DNA from: a virus
Virus record (IMG/VR): IMGVR_UViG_3300045988_160931
Coordinates: 1-64,000 of that record
Reading direction: 5' to 3' (one strand)
Length of the DNA: 64,000 nt
Positions 54,338 to 61,641 of the stretch are shown piece after piece (within the stretch, counting starts at the first letter, position 1; the number at the start of each line of letters is the position of its first letter). The position numbers and the translations under genes are program-made. Under the pieces are notes generated by a model, which saw only the letters and a list, made by a program, of their open reading frames with translations, was not told where the DNA came from and did not search any database.

Positions 54338-55528
54338 ATGAGAAAAGTAGGCAGACCTCCAAAAAAGAAACCGAATAGAAAAGATGGAAGATACGAAGTT
54401 AAAGTAAAAGTCGGAGAAAGCTTTGATGGAACAAAAATAATGAAAAGCTTTTACAGTAGTAAAAGTAAAGAAGATGCCAGAATGAAAGCAGAAGATTATA
54501 TCAATGGGATAAACTCTCATTTTGATACAAGCCCTATTTATTCAGAGAAATCTTCTATCAGTTCTTTTGACGTATGGAGCCTCACTGTATTAGATATGCT
54601 AAAAGGGACAATAAAAGATAATTCCTGGGCTTTACATTATAAAAACACCATCGAAAATCATCTAATCCCTTACTTTAAGTCTAAGAAAGTATACGACATA
54701 AAACAAATTGATATCCAAATTTTCTTCAACAAGCTGAAGTCAAAGTATTCCTTAGAAACTCTCAAAAAATTCAAAATGGTTCTTAACAAAATTTTTGAAT
54801 TAGCAATCCAAAATGATATTATCATAAAGAACCCATGTGCTAATATAAAAGTAATAAGCAGCAAGAAACAAATAGAGAAACAAACGTATACAGAAGAACA
54901 ATGCGGTCTGGTTTTACAATATGCGTTAACTCACAGATATGGTTTAGATGTCATCTTAATGTTGTTATATGGGGTTACAAGATCAGAATTGCTTGGATTG
55001 CAATGGGATGATTTTGATAAAAATGAAAAAACACTTCACATTCAACATGGGGTAACAGACACGCCTAATGCTGAGACAGGAAAAACAGAAGTTATTGTTG
55101 GTGATACAAAAAACCAATTTCGGAATAGAATCATCCCTATTAGTGCAGACGTAGTTGACCTATTAAAAAATAGGAAGAAACAAGCTAAAGTAAAATCAGA
55201 ATATATTTTCTGCAATAATAAAGGCAATGTACAAAGTCCTAGAACATGGAGTAGACGGCACTATGATGTATTTATGCGTGATATGCACAATTATTATGCA
55301 GAGCAAGGAATTGAAATCCCAAAATTGCATCCGCATGAACTCCGACACACAAGAGCAACGCTGTGGGTAAATAAGGGATTAAATTTGTATGCAATTGCAA
55401 ATGTTTTAGGACATTCAGACTTGAAAATGTTAAGAAAAAGATATGCACATGAAAATGTAGAAAGCACAAGAGAAATGCTCAATATAAATGTTCATATAAA
55501 TGTGAACAAAGGGAAAGACGAATTCTGA
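54338..55528 (+). CDS. int: tyrosine integrase
   Basis: HPHELRHTRATLWV and LGHSDLKMLRKRYAH catalytic motifs; SAM-like N-domain. Confidence 0.9.
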   Translation: MRKVGRPPKKKPNRKDGRYEVKVKVGESFDGTKIMKSFYSSKSKEDARMKAEDYINGINSHFDTSPIYSEKSSISSFDVWSLTVLDMLKGTIKDNSWALHYKNTIENHLIPYFKSKKVYDIKQIDIQIFFNKLKSKYSLETLKKFKMVLNKIFELAIQNDIIIKNPCANIKVISSKKQIEKQTYTEEQCGLVLQYALTHRYGLDVILMLLYGVTRSELLGLQWDDFDKNEKTLHIQHGVTDTPNAETGKTEVIVGDTKNQFRNRIIPISADVVDLLKNRKKQAKVKSEYIFCNNKGNVQSPRTWSRRHYDVFMRDMHNYYAEQGIEIPKLHPHELRHTRATLWVNKGLNLYAIANVLGHSDLKMLRKRYAHENVESTREMLNINVHINVNKGKDEF

Positions 55529-55668
55529 CGAATTTCTACCCTAAAAAATCGTCTAATTTTAATTTATTTAGAGGATTTCAAATTTTGAAAAACAACGAAA
55601 ATACGTGATTTATTAGACTGTGCCAATGCTTTTTGGGTATAGGACACTGATTTGGGGTGGTAGAGGCC

Positions 55669-55696
55669 GCCCGTTCAAGTCGGGTCACTCAGACCA
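55669..55696 (+). other. 3' portion of a tRNA (T-arm, acceptor 3' strand, CCA), likely the att core
   Basis: GCCCG-TTCAAGT-CGGGT T-arm, then CACTCAG-A-CCA. No matching 5' acceptor strand upstream. Confidence 0.6.
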
Positions 55697-55702
55697 GAAA
55701 AT

Positions 55703-55748
55703 AACACGCAGTTTCGGGAAGATTTCCGGGACTGCGTGTTTTGTTTTG
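55703..55748 (+). terminator. terminator downstream of the tRNA fragment
   Basis: 10-bp stem AACACGCAGT/ACTGCGTGTT, 18-nt loop, T-run. Confidence 0.55.
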
Positions 55749-56101
55749 TGTGGGAAACAGCCGTTTGACGAACTTTTTGACGAACTTTTCAGAGAAAATT
55801 CAACTTGCGTCATACATATTATTGGAAATTTATTCCTCCTGTTTTTCATATTAACGGGAAAAATAGCTGAGAAATAGCATGATACACTAAATAAAAACTA
55901 TAAAAAATCTAATTAAGTGAAATTTTACAATTGATATTTTTGCTCAAAATCACGTCTGCTTTGCCGTTCATAAAAAATTTACTTTTGAAATAGCGTAAAT
56001 ATGTACATACTATTGAAACGTATATTTACAATCTATATTTTATCATAATTAAGCAAGAATACTCCGGCTTCTATAAGCCGTGTAGGATGTCACCATACAA
56101 C

Positions 56102-56130
56102 TTGACTACTTTCGTAATATATGCTATAAT
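56102..56130 (+). promoter_or_regulatory. sigma70 promoter with extended -10
   Basis: TTGACT 56102-56107, 17-nt spacer ending TGC, TATAAT 56125-56130. Confidence 0.65.
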
Positions 56131-56174
56131 AAGGTTAAGATTACAGATTTTATTATAATATAAGGAGGTAGACA

Positions 56175-57332
56175 ATGAGTAACATAAAAGGTAATACAAA
56201 TAAACATCATAAAAAGCGAAACTTAAATACGCCAAATGCACTTATTCCAAACGTATTAAAAAGGTTACCGGGTATATTTGATAAATTGAAGATCGTACAA
56301 ACCTCTACTAACAGGGATATATTACCATTTGGCATTATTACCAACTTAATAGAAGAACAATATGGTTTACCCACAATGCAGGCGATATCAGAAACAAAAA
56401 TTGTTCAAGCTTTATTTTACTGGGGTAAAAACAAGCAAATTTACGATTTCAATGTAGACATAGCAGAAGAATTGATCGTCAGTTTTGAGAGCGCAGAATC
56501 TTTACCGATAGAAGTCTTTGATAATATGCCATATGACTGTGTTTATATGTCCGTAAATGACGATAAATTCCAAGTCTTTGCCACTAAAGATATTAGAGTT
56601 GATACCAAAAAACAGAAAACGAAGCAAATATCATTCTATTTTCCACAAAGCGATAAAATCCTGTATCTCCCATTTTCTAAGAATACGATTGCAGATTGTA
56701 TAGTAGACGATTATAATACAACCATGAATTTCTTTGATGATTACAATTATATAGAAAGTATCAAAAAAGAATATCCAGGTAAGACCATTGATGAAATACA
56801 AGAACAAGTAAAGAACTCATATAAAAAAGATTACGTCAATACGAAAAGACTACTAGAAGAGTGTGTTGCTCTATTGTTGTATTTATGCTCTCAAAATGCG
56901 GAGATTGTAGATACAAATGGGATTTCTAAAAATTATCATCGAAATGATATTACTAATAATAATGATGACGTTAAGATCGTTAGGGAAGCGAATAAAGAAA
57001 AGGGTATAGATAATTACACTCCAAAAAATCCTTCAAAACCTAAAAAAGTAGAAAAGCTAAAAGTGGGCTATAGAATCGGCAAAACCATCCATTATAATAA
57101 AACAAATCATACAGATAGCACACTCTCTAAAAATCAAAAACAGATTTCGAATAATAGCAAACCATATACAAAGAAATCTGCTCATATTCGCCGAGGTCAT
57201 TATCATCATTATTGGGCTGGAAGTAAGAAAAACGGTACACAGAAGTTAATACTAAAATGGACACCGCCCACATTTGTCAATGCTACAAATGAAAATGAAA
57301 TCATCCCAACAAAACATAAAATAAAAATGTAA
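56175..57332 (+). CDS. hypothetical protein (stand-alone cassette between attP and the lysis genes)
   Basis: AAGGAGG SD; basic C-terminus HIRRGHYHHYWAGSKKNG; own promoter and terminator. Confidence 0.75.
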   Translation: MSNIKGNTNKHHKKRNLNTPNALIPNVLKRLPGIFDKLKIVQTSTNRDILPFGIITNLIEEQYGLPTMQAISETKIVQALFYWGKNKQIYDFNVDIAEELIVSFESAESLPIEVFDNMPYDCVYMSVNDDKFQVFATKDIRVDTKKQKTKQISFYFPQSDKILYLPFSKNTIADCIVDDYNTTMNFFDDYNYIESIKKEYPGKTIDEIQEQVKNSYKKDYVNTKRLLEECVALLLYLCSQNAEIVDTNGISKNYHRNDITNNNDDVKIVREANKEKGIDNYTPKNPSKPKKVEKLKVGYRIGKTIHYNKTNHTDSTLSKNQKQISNNSKPYTKKSAHIRRGHYHHYWAGSKKNGTQKLILKWTPPTFVNATNENEIIPTKHKIKM

Positions 57333-57340
57333 ATCGTAAA

Positions 57341-57382
57341 AAATAGGGACGTTGCAATAAAGCAATATCCCTATTTTGTTTT
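57341..57382. terminator. bidirectional terminator between convergent genes
   Basis: Imperfect 13-bp stem ATAGGGACGTTGC/GCAATATCCCTAT flanked by A- and T-runs. Confidence 0.6.
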
Positions 57383-57423
57383 TTAATTCTTAGCTCACTT
57401 AACCAGTGATAATTAAAGTGGGA

Positions 57424-58482
57424 TTAAGAAAAGTTATCGTAGCTTACAAAACCAGTTACGTAATTACCAGCAGGGGATTTTCCACAATACTCTGCCTTAG
57501 TTGTTATTCTGTATCTTCCTAGTCCACATTGTTTTCCATCGTAAATATAGTATGTCCCAGAAATGCGCTTAGTCATTTTAGTTGTACTATCATTTGCAAA
57601 TAAAGGAGTATTAGCACGAATAGTAACCTTTTGCCCTTTTGTCCATTTGTTACTTTTCGACATTCCTACTGGGTAAACTTTCTTTCCAGTAGAATCAAAT
57701 ACAGAATATCCAGATTTACAAACTTTTTTAGCGTTTTCTAAAGATGAATAAGCACCCAACTGTGACATAGAATCGTTCCATGTTTTTCGAACACGATAGA
57801 TAGTATTATTCTTTAAGGATGTATTATTTGAAGAATTAGTTTTCACAGGTGTGGTAGTATTTGCCGCAGTTTTACTAGAATTCATATAAGACTGAACTTT
57901 TACCTTAAAAGTAGCCCAGTGAGGTAAAATATATGCCGGACACATTTTATAGTTGTTGTGCATCGTATTTAACTGGTCTACAGTGCCTTTCTTACCATCA
58001 CGAACATTCAGCCAGTGAGTATGAGTGTATAAGTGATTGATGTCAAGACCATACTTCTTCAGAAGTGCCGCTGCCAATCTTGCACAATTATCCTCAGACT
58101 TTTTATCGGCAGAATTGTATGCAGAGGACATAATGCACTCAATGGCAATAGTTCCTCTATTACCATTACCATTGCCATCGGCAGCATGCCAACCGCTTAG
58201 AGTTAAAGGCAAATTCTGCCATGCACAAGTATTGTCTACATAGTAATGGACACGCACGTCCTTCATATTGCCATTAACAGTGGCACGAGTATACTGTTCC
58301 GCAGGCGTTGTGCCACTCGCAACAGAAATCCAACCAGTATTATGAATTGTAATACCAAGTACTTTACTTGGTAAATTATAAGACGGCATACTGATTCGAT
58401 TAGGATTATGCTTTGTAAAAAGATATTCTTTTACAGTTATCCCGCCAAAATTAAAAATAGAATCTGGATTCAAAAAAGCCAT
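57424..58482 (-). CDS. endolysin: N-acetylmuramoyl-L-alanine amidase with C-terminal wall-binding repeats
   Basis: Amidase_2/PGRP-like ITIHNTG...HYYVDN...WHAADGNGNGNRGTIAIE; two C-terminal repeat domains. Confidence 0.9.
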   Translation of the reverse strand: MAFLNPDSIFNFGGITVKEYLFTKHNPNRISMPSYNLPSKVLGITIHNTGWISVASGTTPAEQYTRATVNGNMKDVRVHYYVDNTCAWQNLPLTLSGWHAADGNGNGNRGTIAIECIMSSAYNSADKKSEDNCARLAAALLKKYGLDINHLYTHTHWLNVRDGKKGTVDQLNTMHNNYKMCPAYILPHWATFKVKVQSYMNSSKTAANTTTPVKTNSSNNTSLKNNTIYRVRKTWNDSMSQLGAYSSLENAKKVCKSGYSVFDSTGKKVYPVGMSKSNKWTKGQKVTIRANTPLFANDSTTKMTKRISGTYYIYDGKQCGLGRYRITTKAEYCGKSPAGNYVTGFVSYDNFS

Positions 58483-58484
58483 GA

Positions 58485-58775
58485 TTATTCCTCCTTACTT
58501 CCAACATCATTTGCTGTAAATATAAGCTGTTTCCCGATTTGATTTACACCTGTGGCAGCAAGCCCACTTACAATACCTACTGCAATTGAATTGATAATAT
58601 CTGTAGCTGGGAAGTCTGGAATAGTAAAAGAACCTACTACGCCTAAAATTGCACCAACTACTCCACTAATAACAGGTAACCACTTGTTATCTAACTTTGT
58701 AGCTTTTACACCAACACAAATCAGGTAACAAATAACTACAATACCTACTACACTTGTAATTCCCATAAAATCCAT
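58485..58775 (-). CDS. holin
   Basis: 96 aa with three hydrophobic helices; LPVISGVVGAILG...GLAATGVNQIGKQ; directly upstream of the endolysin. Confidence 0.8.
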   Translation of the reverse strand: MDFMGITSVVGIVVICYLICVGVKATKLDNKWLPVISGVVGAILGVVGSFTIPDFPATDIINSIAVGIVSGLAATGVNQIGKQLIFTANDVGSKEE

Positions 58776-58811
58776 AAAATTTTACCTACTTTCTTTTTTT
58801 GTTTATTTTAA

Positions 58812-60221
58812 TTATAAATTTGGTTTGCATGATAAAGTTTCATATGTTAATGTTATCCTATAAGAACTTGAGGGATGACTTGCTGAATATTCTCCAGCTA
58901 TTGCTTTGTCAAATAAAGAAAACTGCCAAAAATTATTAAAAGATGAAGATAAAGGATATACCCCATCTGAATAATTGCCTGAAGATATGAAAATACTTTT
59001 ATATATATTAGATGAACTATCTAATTTTTTATATGGATAAAATGCCCCATTATTATTGTATTTATATTCACCTATATCACATTTACGCAGGCTATCACAA
59101 GATTTTTCTGTTAAACACTGTTCTGCTTCTATATAGCCATCGCCTGTAAAATTATAGCCATTTAGCGAATTATCCTCAACATCTCCATATGTTAATTTAT
59201 ATTTATATTTATATTCTAAATATGCTTTAGACTCCCCATCAGTGATTCTAGTAACAATACAATAAAATCCATTTATATATTCAAATAATGAACCCTTTTC
59301 CATTCCAAAAAACTTTTTAGGAGTATTCTTTGGGACATTTATACTATTAGTCATATCAGCAAAAAACAACCCTCTATCATTTAGTACTCCATGATTCAAA
59401 ATAGCTTTTGCAGAAGAAGCTGTATATCTCCCATAACCAAAGCAATTCATTGTATCAAGACTTTTTGAAATTAATGTAGATAATAAAGCTATAATTACAT
59501 AATCACAATATAAGTTTATATTCCATAATTTATTATTCTCAGTATTGTTTAATTCTGCCATTTTAATTATTTCTTCTATATTATAGGAAGTATCTTTAAG
59601 AAAATGTTTCCCAGAAATAGATCTTAATTTCCCATTCTCATCCCTAAATCCTGTATAAATTCCCATATAAAAGTGAGGGACTATTTCATTTTTAGCATTT
59701 ATATTAGCCCAGCATTTGTAATCATCGTCAGCTTTATAATTACTAATATAAATATCTGCCGTTCCACTATCATCACTAGACATTTTATAATAAATAAGTG
59801 GAAATTCCACCATCGCATTACCGAGATAATCGATGTTTGAAACATCCGAAACAGTCCCATCTAATTTTTTGGAATAATCATTAGAGTCTAAATAGTAATC
59901 TACTGTCCCATCATATTTTAACATGCAAGGTTTTGGCATAAAAAACGCATTCTTCCATGAACCATAATCAAACTCTGAATCTCCCATTTTAGCAGGTGTC
60001 ATACCAATAGCATCTGCTAGATATGTAACCGCTTTATCCGAGTCATATTCCGATGAATCTATATGGTACCCATAAATAACCTTTTTAGAATTACTATCAT
60101 CAGATGTTGAATCTGTACTATAAATGGGAGTATTGCCTATTGAAACCTTTTTAATTTGATTTTGATTGTAGTGTATACTAGATGATAAATTAGAACCTAT
60201 ATGTAAATTATTTATGCTTAT
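58812..60221 (-). CDS. tail-associated / receptor-binding protein, apparent ATA start
   Basis: The frame is open for 73 codons upstream of ATG 60002 (which has no SD), back to the previous gene's stop. ATA 60221-60219 follows AAGGAAGTGA. Confidence 0.6.
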   Translation of the reverse strand: MSINNLHIGSNLSSSIHYNQNQIKKVSIGNTPIYSTDSTSDDSNSKKVIYGYHIDSSEYDSDKAVTYLADAIGMTPAKMGDSEFDYGSWKNAFFMPKPCMLKYDGTVDYYLDSNDYSKKLDGTVSDVSNIDYLGNAMVEFPLIYYKMSSDDSGTADIYISNYKADDDYKCWANINAKNEIVPHFYMGIYTGFRDENGKLRSISGKHFLKDTSYNIEEIIKMAELNNTENNKLWNINLYCDYVIIALLSTLISKSLDTMNCFGYGRYTASSAKAILNHGVLNDRGLFFADMTNSINVPKNTPKKFFGMEKGSLFEYINGFYCIVTRITDGESKAYLEYKYKYKLTYGDVEDNSLNGYNFTGDGYIEAEQCLTEKSCDSLRKCDIGEYKYNNNGAFYPYKKLDSSSNIYKSIFISSGNYSDGVYPLSSSFNNFWQFSLFDKAIAGEYSASHPSSSYRITLTYETLSCKPNL

Positions 60222-60233
60222 ACTATCACTTCC

Positions 60234-61328
60234 TTACTCAGTACAGAAATAAACCGTGTTATTATCTTTTTGTTCTAATGAATCATATTCAGACGTAGTT
60301 GTTTTCTTTAATTTCAACCCGTCTAATGCTGTTTCTAAAGCTTTTACACGATTCAAAAGGTCTAGGACATCTACTCCAGTATCAGAATTATTGACGTAGA
60401 TTTTTCCTTGCCAATCAACTGCAATTGCATTGGAACGAGTGGTTGTTTTAGAATCACTGTCATACGTACCATTCCCGATAATAAATAGATACTTACCATC
60501 TTCGTCTTTCTCGTTATACTGCCCAATAACAAACTGATTTGATACACCGCTGGCAATTGTCCCTTCGCCAGCAGCATGAGAACCGGGGGAGATAGCTTGT
60601 GTATTTATGCCTTCAGCAAATGCAGCATATCCATTTGTTGTAGTCTTATATCCAAAAGTTGCAGAATTATCTGATTGTGCCTGTGTTGACTCACCATGTG
60701 CGCTTGAATTTATCCCAGATGCGACATTCTTTTCACCAAAAGCCACAGCGTTAGTTGCGCTTGCAATACTTTCAGAACCGGATGTCAAAGAATTACTTCC
60801 AGATGATTTTGTAAGTGTTCCTGACGCAAAAGACATACTTCCAGTTGCACTTGCAGTATAATTACAAGAAGTCCCAGAATTTTGATCTCCTTTTTTTACA
60901 TAAATAGAATCACCATTCTGAACTAATTGTTCTAATTCGGTAACACGATCACGTAATGAAATAACTTCATCGTCATTCGCATAATGATAATCGTCTGGTT
61001 TTTTTCTTTTGTTTACCGGGAGTTCTATGTGTAAGATAGTTTTCATAGATGTTTCGTCTGTCGAATCTGTTAAGTAAATATAGCAATGTAACGGCAGAGA
61101 TTCTTGCAACAATTTATTGGGGACTTTTGCAGTTATTGTTTTAGAATCTGTATCTACAGTAGAATCTACAACATAAGCATATTCGCTATTATCATTACAA
61201 AAATGTACTTCCGGCGCTTTCGTTAAATCATAATCCTCTAATTTTACAGAAATACTTTGGTTAATATCCCATTGTGTAAAATAATTTATTGTATTCCCAT
61301 TTTTATCTAGTGCATTTGTTTCAATTAT
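60234..61328 (-). CDS. BppU-like baseplate/tail-fibre protein, apparent ATA/ATT start
   Basis: 72 in-frame codons upstream of TTG 61112 encode an Ig-like N-domain. There is no canonical start; GGAG-N9-ATA at 61328. C-terminal head-repeat-like Ser/Gly repeats. Confidence 0.6.
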   Translation of the reverse strand: MIETNALDKNGNTINYFTQWDINQSISVKLEDYDLTKAPEVHFCNDNSEYAYVVDSTVDTDSKTITAKVPNKLLQESLPLHCYIYLTDSTDETSMKTILHIELPVNKRKKPDDYHYANDDEVISLRDRVTELEQLVQNGDSIYVKKGDQNSGTSCNYTASATGSMSFASGTLTKSSGSNSLTSGSESIASATNAVAFGEKNVASGINSSAHGESTQAQSDNSATFGYKTTTNGYAAFAEGINTQAISPGSHAAGEGTIASGVSNQFVIGQYNEKDEDGKYLFIIGNGTYDSDSKTTTRSNAIAVDWQGKIYVNNSDTGVDVLDLLNRVKALETALDGLKLKKTTTSEYDSLEQKDNNTVYFCTE

Positions 61329-61345
61329 AATTACTCACTCCTTTT

Positions 61346-61383
61346 TATAAAAAAGAAGAACGATAAGGATTTACTCCTTATCG
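61346..61383 (-). terminator. terminator inside the tail module
   Basis: 9-bp stem CGATAAGGA/TCCTTATCG with a T-run on the minus strand; overlaps the stop of gene 61371..61604. Confidence 0.55.
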
Positions 61384-61604
61384 CCCAATTGTTTTTCTAT
61401 TTCTTCAATTTTACATTCCGCTTTCAGAATTCTATCCTGTACATTATTGTGTTTGTCTACACGTAATGACAATTTAGATAAATCTTCTTTCAAAGAATCT
61501 AATTTTACTTGTAGAACAGCAGTTGCTTTATTTTGCATTAAAGCAGAACCAGCAATAGCACTTATTGCTGCAATTGCAGCTGTGATAATCTCAGTAAAAT
61601 CCAT
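61371..61604 (-). CDS. small membrane / coiled-coil protein
   Basis: AAAGGTGGTGA SD; N-terminal TM helix followed by a coiled coil. Confidence 0.6.
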   Translation of the reverse strand: MDFTEIITAAIAAISAIAGSALMQNKATAVLQVKLDSLKEDLSKLSLRVDKHNNVQDRILKAECKIEEIEKQLGDKE

Positions 61605-61641
61605 ATTTTATTTGTCACCACCTTTCTTACATAACATAATC

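Larger units (their letters stand above)
55517..55788 (+). other. attP-like attachment region (arm repeats flanking a tRNA 3' fragment)
   Basis: GACGAATT at 55517 and 55527; TTGACGAACTTT x2 at 55765-55788; core tRNA fragment at 55669-55696. Confidence 0.6.

Noticed and set aside
55620-55877. 85-aa plus-strand ORF
   Set aside because: It spans the tRNA fragment, a terminator hairpin and the arm repeats of the att region, and it has no SD. I read this as non-coding DNA.
51047-61341. Stop-codon reassignment as the explanation for missing starts
   Set aside because: TAA, TAG and TGA all terminate well-delimited genes in the window. The stop separating the two tail genes is TAA. Reading through the stops before nrdG yields no start either. 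Non-canonical initiation fits better.
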